From a virus (Duplodnaviria; Caudoviricetes), in the IMG/VR virus record IMGVR_UViG_3300037313_001645, positions 1-37,164 of that record: a stretch of 37,164 bases of DNA; one strand, 5' to 3'. Numbering within the stretch: position 1 is the stretch's first letter; the number at the start of each line of letters is the position of its first letter. Below are positions 1-9,071 of the stretch, piece by piece. The translations under genes were made by a program, and so were the position numbers. The notes under the pieces are model-generated. The model ran no database searches and was not told where the DNA came from. It saw only the letters and a program-made list of their open reading frames with translations.

Positions 1-127
1 TTCAACCGCATCTTCTAATTCTTGATCAGTGTATTCTCTCACTTTGCGTCTCCTCCAAAATCATTTCCCGAATTATTTGAGCCATATACCAGCTCCCGAT
101 CATTTCCATGTAGCTCATTAGAAAGTG
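1..127 (+). repeat. Terminal direct repeat, copy 1 (circular assembly overlap)
   Basis: Identical to 37038-37164; 127 nt is a common assembler k-mer size. Confidence 0.95.
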
Positions 128-350
128 CATGCGGCACAAATTCTGATTTGTTGGTGACATTTAAGCCCTCCAATTGTTTACGAGTTACTAAATCATCATT
201 ATTGAGCTTGTATAAAGTTACGAATTTGCTTTGCCCAATGAGACAGTTTTCACAAGACTCATCGTATTTTGATTTTTCTTCTCTGCACTCAGGGCAACCC
301 ATACAGGACTCGATAATTGTGAAAGGCGTAAGCCAACTGAAACCCATCAT
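39..350 (-). CDS. Hypothetical Cys-rich (possible Zn-binding) early protein
   Basis: CxxCxxC...CxxC motif; start overlaps the stop of the upstream gene. Confidence 0.6.
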   Translation of the reverse strand: MMGFSWLTPFTIIESCMGCPECREEKSKYDESCENCLIGQSKFVTLYKLNNDDLVTRKQLEGLNVTNKSEFVPHALSNELHGNDRELVYGSNNSGNDFGGDAK

Positions 351-568
351 GCGCCCACCTTCTCTTCTTGAATTTGTTTTTCAAGACAGGCGTTGCATTG
401 CTTTGGAAAGAAAGTTTCCTGGCGACAGATTTCACATGGAAGCGGTTCGCGACTAAGAATTGGATCTGGTCCGCAAAGCTCGTGCAGAAATTCGAAAAAA
501 ACATCCGCTGCGTCTTTAGGTTCTCCCATGTAAAATTCTCCTGCATAAAGGCAATACAATTCCTGCAA
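347..568 (-). CDS. Hypothetical Zn-ribbon early protein
   Basis: CEIC...CNAC motif; lies in the operon downstream of the cro-like gene. Confidence 0.55.
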   Translation of the reverse strand: MQELYCLYAGEFYMGEPKDAADVFFEFLHELCGPDPILSREPLPCEICRQETFFPKQCNACLEKQIQEEKVGA

Positions 569-618
569 ACATTTCTAATGCTCGCTAAGGTTCAATTTTA
601 ATTTTTAGGTTCATGATA

Positions 619-840
619 CTAAGAGGCCATCTCGTCCGTGAAAAATCCGTCCTTCGCCATTTCTTCGCGAAGAATGTCGGCAAGCCTTTCTCGCGGGCTG
701 CTTTTGTATCTCCCGGTACACAGTTTTTCAGCCGTGGCAGCGGCTACATCCCGGGATAACAAGCGGCTCATGGCCACTCGACGACCTATCTTTTTGGCCC
801 AACGTGAAGTCATATTCACTAAGGGATCATTTTGCTGCAT
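619..840 (-). CDS. Cro-like regulator
   Basis: Divergent from the repressor; GAGG/AGGA RBS before ATG at 840; directly downstream of a TTGACA-17-TATATT promoter. Confidence 0.65.
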   Translation of the reverse strand: MQQNDPLVNMTSRWAKKIGRRVAMSRLLSRDVAAATAEKLCTGRYKSSPRERLADILREEMAKDGFFTDEMAS

Positions 841-859
841 TCCTAACCTCTTGGAATCA

Positions 860-888
860 AATATACGTACTTTACGTACAAATGTCAA
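860..888 (-). promoter_or_regulatory. Sigma70 early lytic promoter
   Basis: Minus strand TTGACA (888-883), 17-nt spacer, TATATT (865-860). Confidence 0.8.
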
Positions 889-935
889 CAGATTTTGTAC
901 GTTGTTTGCGGATATCTTGATGGAGTTTACGTACA
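864..935. promoter_or_regulatory. Repressor operator array
   Basis: TACGTAC at 864, 873 and 928; inverted repeat ACGTACAAA (874-882) / TTTGTACGT (894-902) flanking the -35 box. Confidence 0.7.
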
Positions 936-939
936 TATA

Positions 940-1338
940 ATGCAGAAAGCCAAGATGAAGAGAAAGAAGCACAATTCGCATTTAGCAGCTAATATACGGG
1001 CCCTTAGAAAAGCCAAGGGCTGGAAAAGTATTGGAAAATTTGCGGAGGCACTGGATATGCCGGTTCCTACTTTGCGGGACATTGAGGCAGGATATTCTCA
1101 GGGTTATCCCGAAACGAGACGGAAGATAGCTGAAAAGCTTGGAGTTGCTGAGGCTGATTTGTTTAGAGATCCGCAAGTACCATTAGGGATACGAAACGCA
1201 AAAAGCAAAGCAGAATCACTTGGAGTCCTTACCGCTGCCCTGTCCAGGCTTGATGAGAACCAGCTGGACACTGTTATTGACCTTGTTGAGACCAAGTTTC
1301 CGTGGGCGTTTCATTCCAGCACCGGTTCCGATACTTGA
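940..1338 (+). CDS. CI-like XRE-family HTH repressor (start at 940 or 955)
   Basis: LAANIRALRKAKGW...FAEALDMPVPTLRDIEAG HTH_3 signature; divergent switch arrangement; no S24 peptidase domain visible. Confidence 0.85.
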   Translation: MQKAKMKRKKHNSHLAANIRALRKAKGWKSIGKFAEALDMPVPTLRDIEAGYSQGYPETRRKIAEKLGVAEADLFRDPQVPLGIRNAKSKAESLGVLTAALSRLDENQLDTVIDLVETKFPWAFHSSTGSDT

Positions 1339-1502
1339 GCGATCTATTTCGCTTAAAACTTCAAATAAATCAGCAGCCAATTTTTTAGCCTTCTTTATCT
1401 TGGTCATATCTCATTTTACGGCATGTCAAAGAAACTTATTTAGTTCGCTATGACGAATTACTCGATCAAATTTTTCCGTTTAGTTGCCTATTTATTATCT
1501 GT

Positions 1503-1530
1503 TTAAGTCTAAACTCATTTCTGTCGATAA
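1503..1530 (+). promoter_or_regulatory. Sigma28 (FliA)-type promoter
   Basis: TTAAG-N15-GTCGATAA versus consensus TAAA-N15-GCCGATAA; ends 24 nt before the lipoprotein ATG. Confidence 0.65.
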
Positions 1531-1554
1531 ATGGTTAACTGTTTGAGGTACAAC

Positions 1555-1986
1555 ATGAAACTGCTTTTAATCTTATCTGTCTTTATCCTTCAATCCTGCG
1601 CCACGTACATTGGCTACACATATGATCAACAGTGCGCAAACAAAGGCATGGTCCTTTCCGGAGCAAATGAAACCTCGGGTGTTAACACATATTCAAATGG
1701 AACCTATGGCCGATCTTACTATGATAACGTGTCCTGCCGAGTGCCTGCTAATAACGATGAGAAACGGGAAATCGCTTTGGAACAAGAGCGCCTATATCCA
1801 ATCAATGAATACAATAGCGGAGTGCGCACTAAACAGCTTATAAATGGCATTGGATATTACTTACTTATTCTGCCGGGAGTGGGCCTAAAATTTTGGTATG
1901 ATCATGAGGCCGATCAGGCTTTGAAGAAATATCAAGAAATTAGAAGCAGTCAAAATAGAAGTGTATCAAGTACACTAAGTCCATAG
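1555..1986 (+). CDS. Lipoprotein, possible superinfection-exclusion or lysogenic-conversion factor
   Basis: GAGG RBS; MKLLLILSVFILQS-C lipobox; hydrophobic segment near C-terminus; lysogenic strand next to cI. Confidence 0.75.
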   Translation: MKLLLILSVFILQSCATYIGYTYDQQCANKGMVLSGANETSGVNTYSNGTYGRSYYDNVSCRVPANNDEKREIALEQERLYPINEYNSGVRTKQLINGIGYYLLILPGVGLKFWYDHEADQALKKYQEIRSSQNRSVSSTLSP

Positions 1987-1999
1987 TTAAACCAAAATA

Positions 2000-2422
2000 T
2001 TATTCAACGAGTTTTATTAAACCCTTTGCTTTTAATTCTCTCCATGCTCGTAGCTCAACATGCGGGAGTTCATAAAAGCTAGAGCCGGGCTCTCCATACC
2101 ATTTTAGGTTTGAAGTTAGATTTGGCTTTAGCACCGTTTGAAACCAGTGTTCTTCATAAATGTCCTTAGGCTTTCCACTCATTTCAAAAATATCAACTGC
2201 GCAGTTATAATTGTGGGCGCTGGCCCCCCAATGCGCTCTCGACTTACCTTCTCTGACCTTTTGTTCTTGCTCTGCTTTCCCTCGGCCCGCACCGGAAATA
2301 TGGGCCTCAGGATGCTTTGCCTGAAAGCTTTCAAACCAAGACCTGATTTCATGATTCACATTTGGAAATCGATTAAATATCTCAGCACACTTTGGGCAAT
2401 TGCCATTGTTTTGGTGACTCAT
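2000..2422 (-). CDS. Endolysin, M15-family Zn peptidase
   Basis: R...EQ, SAHNYNCAVD and ELPHVEL motifs. Confidence 0.85.
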   Translation of the reverse strand: MSHQNNGNCPKCAEIFNRFPNVNHEIRSWFESFQAKHPEAHISGAGRGKAEQEQKVREGKSRAHWGASAHNYNCAVDIFEMSGKPKDIYEEHWFQTVLKPNLTSNLKWYGEPGSSFYELPHVELRAWRELKAKGLIKLVE

Positions 2423-2423
2423 G

Positions 2424-2924
2424 TTAGGCCACCTGTTTTGCAAGGGGTTGTTTTGCCAAGAAATCATCGACTTCTTTTGGATCAATGAGATCAAGATCTA
2501 AATCACTTGGAAGTTCTAATTGAGACATAGGAGCAGCAGCTGTAACCTCTTCAGAACAAACTCCTTTAGAGTTTCCATTACTAAATGGCTTCCACTTAAT
2601 TCCAAGTTTTTCCAGAATCATGTCAACGTATTGAGACTGTGAATATTCACGTCCAACTCTTCCGCGGGCATAGCCGGCGAAAACTTCGCGTGAAACCTTC
2701 ATCGGGACTTCGTACATTTTTACGATCTTATGAGACTCCAGATACTTCTTATCTTCATCGATGCACGTGCCTTGGCCGATTGAGTGAAGAATTTTTTCTT
2801 TCCCGTCGACATCCTCAAAAAGAATCATTACATGGCTGTAATTAGTCTTTAGGAAATACATGATGGCCTTAGAGACTAAATCTGGCTCCAGTTCCTGAGT
2901 GAATGCTACTTTTATGGAAAACAT
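2424..2924 (-). CDS. Circularly permuted NlpC/P60 (YiiX-like) amidase
   Basis: YSHV precedes VCSE (His before Cys); GREYS motif; GGGGG RBS before ATG at 2924. Confidence 0.65.
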   Translation of the reverse strand: MFSIKVAFTQELEPDLVSKAIMYFLKTNYSHVMILFEDVDGKEKILHSIGQGTCIDEDKKYLESHKIVKMYEVPMKVSREVFAGYARGRVGREYSQSQYVDMILEKLGIKWKPFSNGNSKGVCSEEVTAAAPMSQLELPSDLDLDLIDPKEVDDFLAKQPLAKQVA

Positions 2925-2935
2925 GTACCCCCCTA

Positions 2936-3235
2936 TTAATTTTTTCTTTCCCGACAATTTTTTAGCTCTTCCCTTAAAATTCGAACTGAAACTGTTAAAT
3001 TCTCTAAACCTTTTGGGTCAGTGCATGCATATTTATTTATGTCGTTGAGAGAGCTCGCAGGCTTTATAATTGGTTTTGCGTCTGGGTTTCGATTGCCGTC
3101 TTTATCGTAATCTCTTTTTAAATTGTATCCGCGGAGATATCCACCAGGCGCATTAACGATAAGAACATCTGTATCTGGCCGATCATCGCAGGCATACAAA
3201 CTAAAACTTAGAAAGAGCATCATCAATGGCTTCAT
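2936..3235 (-). CDS. Lipoprotein, o-spanin candidate
   Basis: MKPLMMLFLSFSLYA-C lipobox; overlaps the upstream gene within the lysis cluster. Confidence 0.55.
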   Translation of the reverse strand: MKPLMMLFLSFSLYACDDRPDTDVLIVNAPGGYLRGYNLKRDYDKDGNRNPDAKPIIKPASSLNDINKYACTDPKGLENLTVSVRILREELKNCRERKN

Positions 3236-3428
3236 CGATTTCTTCCTTTGTGTCGACTTTTGGATCTTGAAGTTTTGCAGTATTTTGCGCGACTTCCTTT
3301 TTTATGCGAGCGGCATTCATCAAGCGCGTCCATTGAAACATGATCCACTCAACAAACTTCTTTTTGATATAATTTAGAAAAAGGCGGCCCAGCCAAGAAG
3401 TGCTCAGCCAGGCCAAAAAAGTATTCAC
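3201..3428 (-). CDS. Small lysis-cluster membrane-associated protein (i-spanin candidate)
   Basis: Hydrophobic N-terminus, charged helical C-terminus, position. Confidence 0.4.
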   Translation of the reverse strand: MNTFLAWLSTSWLGRLFLNYIKKKFVEWIMFQWTRLMNAARIKKEVAQNTAKLQDPKVDTKEEIDEAIDDALSKF

Positions 3429-3430
3429 CT

Positions 3431-3664
3431 TTACACCCGCGGTGAAATTTTATCTGCGAGCTTCATGAGTTCATCATGAGCAAGTTGCTCAAGTTTTGGC
3501 TTTGCAGCTTCAACGGCCATATCATCATATGGACCAGGAATTAGGACCTTTACTTGATCCAAAAGTTTATCGACAACCTCTTTTGAGTGCTTCTCAATAA
3601 GTGCCTTTACAGCTGGCTCAAGCATGTCTGCGCCCTTATCTAAAACGTCTTGCCCGTTCATCAT
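3431..3664 (-). CDS. Hypothetical lysis-cluster protein
   Basis: GGAGG RBS; coupled to neighbouring genes. Confidence 0.6.
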   Translation of the reverse strand: MMNGQDVLDKGADMLEPAVKALIEKHSKEVVDKLLDQVKVLIPGPYDDMAVEAAKPKLEQLAHDELMKLADKISPRV

Positions 3665-3912
3665 TGCCTCCCTATGGCTTTAATATCACCGCGTAATTCG
3701 GTGATTTCTTTAATCATCTCTTTTTGCGTTTCCACTAAATCTTTAGCTAAGATCTTGTGCTCTGACTTGATTTCGGAAATATCATTCTGGAGTGTCCCAA
3801 TTTGCGCAGCCTTTGCTCCGGCCCAGAAAGTTACTGAAAGAACTAAAATTAGAATCCCAGACTCAGCCACCCGCCACCAATCAACTGAGACTTTTGCTTT
3901 TATTTCTTCCAT
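3661..3912 (-). CDS. Single-TM coiled-coil protein, holin candidate
   Basis: GILILVLSVTFWAGA transmembrane segment; GGAGG RBS; first gene after the fibre. Confidence 0.5.
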   Translation of the reverse strand: MEEIKAKVSVDWWRVAESGILILVLSVTFWAGAKAAQIGTLQNDISEIKSEHKILAKDLVETQKEMIKEITELRGDIKAIGRQ

Positions 3913-3927
3913 GTGGCCTCCGAGCCT

Positions 3928-5295
3928 TTATTTGATCAGTGTGATGTTAATGTACGGGTTATTTGTAAACAGCAACGCACCTGTTGAGCAGCGGACATCG
4001 ATGTAATCGCCTGCGACTAGGTTCAAACCATCAGTGTAGTTCTGAGCTCCAAAAGATGTACCTCGATAGTTTCCAAGGTTTGAATACTGCGAGCCATTTT
4101 TGTAAAGATAGGCTGATCCGTCCGCACTGTTGTCGCAAAGCCAATCAACTTTATAGAATCCATTAAATGGAGCAGTAAATTTCCAGGTCCCCGTGGTAAC
4201 AAGTGACAACGGATCATATGACTTGGTCTGGAAATCCAATGGGACCGCAACGCCCGTAGTACCATTGGAAGTCGCGCGATAATATCTTGCTGATACCGGC
4301 TGAGTGTAAGAAAGGATGTCCCATCCAGTCCCATTACTATAAATATGAAGCACTGAATTTTGATCAACCAGCTTCATTGTCTGAGCAAATCCAATCAGCT
4401 CAGTTCCGTTTCCATCAATTGTAAGAATATTCGCATCATTGGTAGTTTTGATGAATTTAAAGACCTTACCAGAGCATGAAGCCGCAGCAGGTAAAGTGAA
4501 AATCCAAGATCCGCCGGCTGTTGAGCACGTATAAACGTCGTCTGAAGTTGAAGCGGTGTAACCAGTTACAAAATAGGTTTTTGGAGTAACGAGCAGGTTT
4601 GCGACGGCTCCTGTTGCCATTTTATCTCTTGTAACTGCGGCAGGACCAAGCTTAGCGGTAACGATTGATAGATCACCCACAGTTCCTTGGTCGATTGAAG
4701 ACCAATCATCCGGAGATTTTGCAATTGAACCAACGAACTGAGCAGCAGCATTTGCGGTGGCAAGTGTTTTTGAAGTTAATCCATCAATCGTGTCTGTACC
4801 TTGGCGATTGATGGTTACTGTGTTTACATCTGAAGTAGTTTTCTTTACGCACGCGTTGAATGGGAGAACCACAGAAGAAAGTTGAGGCAAGTTAACTACA
4901 ATCGCTCCACCGGAAGTATCGCAATTAATTAAATATCCATTGTCGCTTTGACTCATGGTGTACGGAGAGTTTGCCGAGGTTAAATAGACCACTCCACGAT
5001 AAAAGGCTGAAGCTAGAGCGGACTCACTGGCTAATGAAATTTGATCTTTTGTCCAAATTGTATTTCCATCCGAGTCTTTAAGAACAAACTTATGATAACC
5101 AGACGTTAACCAAAGATCACACTCACCTCTGGAATCCAGAGTGATTGGAAAACTATTTGCACTTAATCCATCTCTGCTTGTGTAAGTCGCCTTTGGAGTA
5201 CTTGTTCCAGCTTCATAAACATAGAGCTTTCCGCCTGAGAGAGGATTTCCATTCAGATCAAAAAACTGGGTTTTTACTATCGGAGCCAATTCCAT
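3928..5295 (-). CDS. Tail fibre / receptor-binding protein
   Basis: N-terminal FFDLNGNPLSGGKLYVYEAGT head-binding-like domain; two similar internal modules (KKTTSDVNTVTI / IKTTNDANILTI); C-terminal C1q-like FTAP..G.Y, LYKNG, L.AGDYIDV. Confidence 0.85.
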   Translation of the reverse strand: MELAPIVKTQFFDLNGNPLSGGKLYVYEAGTSTPKATYTSRDGLSANSFPITLDSRGECDLWLTSGYHKFVLKDSDGNTIWTKDQISLASESALASAFYRGVVYLTSANSPYTMSQSDNGYLINCDTSGGAIVVNLPQLSSVVLPFNACVKKTTSDVNTVTINRQGTDTIDGLTSKTLATANAAAQFVGSIAKSPDDWSSIDQGTVGDLSIVTAKLGPAAVTRDKMATGAVANLLVTPKTYFVTGYTASTSDDVYTCSTAGGSWIFTLPAAASCSGKVFKFIKTTNDANILTIDGNGTELIGFAQTMKLVDQNSVLHIYSNGTGWDILSYTQPVSARYYRATSNGTTGVAVPLDFQTKSYDPLSLVTTGTWKFTAPFNGFYKVDWLCDNSADGSAYLYKNGSQYSNLGNYRGTSFGAQNYTDGLNLVAGDYIDVRCSTGALLFTNNPYINITLIK

Positions 5296-7929
5296 TTATG
5301 ATCCCCTTTGCATAGATTGAATTTTTAATAAAATATTTTGCATGCCCTTCGAACCAGGCTTGAAGTTAGAGGCTTGGATCAATAGATCTTTGCCTTTTTC
5401 TGTTTTCTTAAGTTCGTTAAGAGCTCCATCTGGAAGTTTTCCAGCTGTATGTTCTTTAAGTTTTTCTGCTCCGTCGTTAACCCACTTCTCTGGGCCCTTT
5501 TTGGGAAGGCTTACCGAATTGTCTGGCTGTTCAGCAGTTCTGACTTGGCCACCTTGTCTTAGTGGAATTGCAGCAGATCTTGCTTCTACGAGTGAAGATT
5601 TCAAAAATTCTTTTGCTGGAGCCGGAAGAGCTAATGCATCAATCTTTATTGGCGTTGGCATTCCCTGAATCTTTAAAACACCATCTAAGATTTTTTGAGC
5701 CATCTGAGGACCAAAGCGATCAACGAGAGCTCCGACTGTGGCTGAGCCGGCTGCACCCATTGGTCCACCAGTCACAAAACCAAACATTCCCCAAAGATTT
5801 ACGTTCCTTGAACCAATTCTGAATTCACCTTTGAAAGCATCAGCTGCTCTGCGATCCGCGATCATGTTCGCAAAGTCTTTGCCAGACATCTTAGAGAGAT
5901 CTTCAATTGTTCGACGAAGCTCTATGTTCTCTGAGCCTGGAGCTTTCATAAGACCTTTGATCGCATTTTGCGTGTTCATAGGCCCAAGGGACTTATAAGG
6001 TTTAAGTTTTTCTTCAGCTTCTGAAAGTTTTTGCGAAGCATTTTGAAACTGAGATTCGGCTGCCGATCTTTTTTCAGGAAGGCCCTTGGCTCTAAGTTGA
6101 GACTCAACAAATTCTGGTGAAGCTTCAGGACGCGCGAGTTGTTGAGACTCTAATTCGAGCTTTTTTGCATTGGAATATTCTGGAAGAGAGCTCTTAATCT
6201 GCTCTAAGGCATTTTGATCTTTAAGAACACCTTGAGCACTTTCAAATTGAGAAACAGGATTTTTAAAATCACGGCCAGTGATAGTTCCGAGCTTTTCAAG
6301 GAGCTCACGATCTTCACCTGCAGTTCTCCCGGCGATAGAATTTAATCGACTTACAGCCGCGCGAGAGTCACCGAAACGCTCCGAAGCACTTTTCAGTAAC
6401 CGAGTGTTATCAGCAATCTCTGCCATTTTTTGCTGATAAGCTGGCAACGATTTAAGCTGCTGATCAAAATTTCTCCTTAAATTAAGCAGAGCATTTGATA
6501 CGTCCCCGCTAAATTCACCATTTCTTTGACCGTAATCAATTACGTTATCAAGTTCTTGAATGAACTGTTTTGCCTGAGGGCCAGTAATTGTCTCTGGAAG
6601 CTCTTTGAGTTTAGCAGCAAGATTTTGAATTGTAGAATGAGCTTTTTGTCCCTGCTCAGTGAGTGGCGCTATTCCGCCTGGTCTCATTGAATCTGCAACT
6701 CCTTGCATTTCTGACCAGATTGGAGTGGTTTTAACTTTAATGTCTGAGTTTCCTAAAATGTCGTAAGCTTCTTTTGAGCCTTGAGAAACTTTCTTTTTTA
6801 GGTCTTGAATCGATGTCTGAACATCATCTGCTAACTGAATTGGCGACTTAACTGCAGAAAGTTTGTCGGTCTCAACTTTAAAGGCATTGTCTAATTTTGA
6901 ATTTGCTTCTCTAAGAGCTTCCTTTACATCTGCGTGTTTCACACGAAATTGGAAACTAGCATCTCTTGAAGTATCTTTGATGTGTTCTTCGATACCTTTT
7001 AAGGCTTCTTTTGCCTCTTCTTGGGAGATCTTTGAGTTAGAAACATCATCAAAGAGACCTTGAACTGTATCATCTAAAACGTTCTTAATTTCTTCGACTG
7101 ATTTTGCGCCCTTTACTTCAGAAGCTCTCGCTAAGTAGCGATCAATAGCTTCTCTGTTTGGCCCAAGGAAAGCAGTGATAGCAGTTTTACCTGCTGATTT
7201 TGCTCCTTCGGCTACTTTTCCAGGAATAGCTGCAACATTTATGTCTTTGACGATTGGAGTAACTTTAGCGAGTTCTTGGATTCCCTTACCGGCGTACTCA
7301 ACCCCTTTAGCAATTTTTCCAGCTGCGAGCGTTGGATCAGCAAGAACATCAACTCCAAGGCCAGCTGCACCACTTGCTGTGATATCGTTTGCGCCACCTC
7401 TGCGAGGCTTTTGAAGTTCTATCTGAGCTTCCTTCGGCAATCTCTCAAAATAATCACGGACAGCTTTTGCTTCATCCGACCAAAGACTTTTGCCGGCAGC
7501 AATTTTTTCAAGTCTTTCAAGCTCAGGATCTCGGTAATCACTAAAGTGGTTCGGAGCCACTTGACTAAGAGGAGTGTCTGGAACTCCGGCTTTTTGTGCA
7601 ATTTGTTTTCCTGTTGGAGCAAGATCTGGGTTTTCACCAAACTGATCTTTGAAAGCAGAAATCGGATTATCTCCATCTTGAAGAGCTCCGATGGCTTTTC
7701 TAGTCGGAGCTCCGGTGTATGAGTCAATCGCGCGGCCTACGGCTTCAACTCCATGAAGAATCTTTGTGCCAATTCCTTCTTCTTTCTGAGCAGGTTGGGA
7801 CATCGGCTGCCAATCATCTTGGCCGACCTTTTTATAAACGGTGCCGTCCCTCGCAGTGCGAGTGACTGGTTTCCATTCGTCTTGTCCGACTTGCTCATAA
7901 ATTGTTCCGTCTTTGGCTTGTCTTTCCAT
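5296..7929 (-). CDS. Large DNA ejection / internal virion protein (P22 gp16 position)
   Basis: 877 aa, helical and Ala/Lys-rich; Gly-rich hydrophobic segment; third of three injection genes. Confidence 0.65.
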   Translation of the reverse strand: MERQAKDGTIYEQVGQDEWKPVTRTARDGTVYKKVGQDDWQPMSQPAQKEEGIGTKILHGVEAVGRAIDSYTGAPTRKAIGALQDGDNPISAFKDQFGENPDLAPTGKQIAQKAGVPDTPLSQVAPNHFSDYRDPELERLEKIAAGKSLWSDEAKAVRDYFERLPKEAQIELQKPRRGGANDITASGAAGLGVDVLADPTLAAGKIAKGVEYAGKGIQELAKVTPIVKDINVAAIPGKVAEGAKSAGKTAITAFLGPNREAIDRYLARASEVKGAKSVEEIKNVLDDTVQGLFDDVSNSKISQEEAKEALKGIEEHIKDTSRDASFQFRVKHADVKEALREANSKLDNAFKVETDKLSAVKSPIQLADDVQTSIQDLKKKVSQGSKEAYDILGNSDIKVKTTPIWSEMQGVADSMRPGGIAPLTEQGQKAHSTIQNLAAKLKELPETITGPQAKQFIQELDNVIDYGQRNGEFSGDVSNALLNLRRNFDQQLKSLPAYQQKMAEIADNTRLLKSASERFGDSRAAVSRLNSIAGRTAGEDRELLEKLGTITGRDFKNPVSQFESAQGVLKDQNALEQIKSSLPEYSNAKKLELESQQLARPEASPEFVESQLRAKGLPEKRSAAESQFQNASQKLSEAEEKLKPYKSLGPMNTQNAIKGLMKAPGSENIELRRTIEDLSKMSGKDFANMIADRRAADAFKGEFRIGSRNVNLWGMFGFVTGGPMGAAGSATVGALVDRFGPQMAQKILDGVLKIQGMPTPIKIDALALPAPAKEFLKSSLVEARSAAIPLRQGGQVRTAEQPDNSVSLPKKGPEKWVNDGAEKLKEHTAGKLPDGALNELKKTEKGKDLLIQASNFKPGSKGMQNILLKIQSMQRGS

Positions 7930-9068
7930 TAATCAGCCCATTCAATTTCGTGAGTTTTAAAAATTTGTGGCGTGCTTGCATTTGCTTTCGGCAATACTTT
8001 GTTCATCAACTTGTCTGTTGGTTTTGCATTCGGATTAAACTTTGGAGTTGATTTAGCTGTTGATCCGCTTGAAGAGTTCTTCTCTTGAACTATCCTTTGG
8101 CCGGCAGAGCCTGCACCTATCAAGGCTGCGTCCATCTTCTGTTTTCTTAGAGCTTCTTTGTTGGCAACTACATCTTGTGGATCACCAGGCTGAGGAAAAT
8201 AAATTGATGCATAGGCAGAGCGCTCACTTGGAGCGATGGCTGCACCGGATGCATCCCTTAGGAAGGTTTCAATCCAATTGTCTTGCGCAGCTTGCGCTTT
8301 AATAGCGTTGTTGTTTTTTAGGAAATTTGGTGCCCATTTTGAGTTATCGATGAATTGACCAGATGAAGTTGGATCATAGCCTCCACCAAATAAGCCATCT
8401 TTATCAGGCGGTGTAATCGCATCTTTATACTGTTGTTCAGCTGCTTGGCCCATTTCATAGTTTGCAACTTGTTTGGCTTGAGCAGTATTAACTTCTTTGG
8501 CCTTTGCATCTCTGGCTTCTTTTCTATCTTTCTCACGTTCACCAAAGAGAGCTCTTCTTTCTTCACGCGCGTCCTTTCGATCAAGCATTCGCTCATCGAA
8601 TTCACGCATTTTTTCTTCATGAGCCAATTTGTCTTTTGCAGAAAGAGCCATGGCTGAATATTTATTAACAAGATTTGGATCATAGGCCGCCGGCATTTTG
8701 CTGACATCAATACCCTGATCTCCCAAAGTCTTAAGGGCTTGAGTGTAAGAGTCTTGATCTTTAATCGCCGGCGCGACCCTTGAGATCATATCAAGTGCAT
8801 GGAGATGCTTCTCCTGATTGAACTTTTCTTGTGAGTTCGCTCGGTCTTGCATTTCCATGGCTTCTTTGTTGTGACCTCTGGCCATGAGCTCTTTCATCGT
8901 GGCACCGGCGTCTCCATTTCCAGCTTTGTAGGCTTCCTGGAGACTTTGGTTTTTATTTCTTTGGTCCATCAGCTCTCTCATTTTCATGCCTTCTTGCATT
9001 CCTTGAGAGATGTTCCCGGCGATATCTAGAGGTCTGTATTGGTTCCAAATGCTGCTATCAAATTGCAT
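7929..9068 (-). CDS. DNA ejection protein (P22 gp20 position)
   Basis: Gln/Ala-rich helical protein with LRDASGAAIAPSE motif; synteny. Confidence 0.65.
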   Translation of the reverse strand: MQFDSSIWNQYRPLDIAGNISQGMQEGMKMRELMDQRNKNQSLQEAYKAGNGDAGATMKELMARGHNKEAMEMQDRANSQEKFNQEKHLHALDMISRVAPAIKDQDSYTQALKTLGDQGIDVSKMPAAYDPNLVNKYSAMALSAKDKLAHEEKMREFDERMLDRKDAREERRALFGEREKDRKEARDAKAKEVNTAQAKQVANYEMGQAAEQQYKDAITPPDKDGLFGGGYDPTSSGQFIDNSKWAPNFLKNNNAIKAQAAQDNWIETFLRDASGAAIAPSERSAYASIYFPQPGDPQDVVANKEALRKQKMDAALIGAGSAGQRIVQEKNSSSGSTAKSTPKFNPNAKPTDKLMNKVLPKANASTPQIFKTHEIEWAD

Positions 9069-9071
9069 GGT

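Noticed and set aside
1216-1407. Minus-strand ORF overlapping the cI 3' end
   Set aside because: Large antisense overlap and weak RBS; cannot be supported, though not excluded
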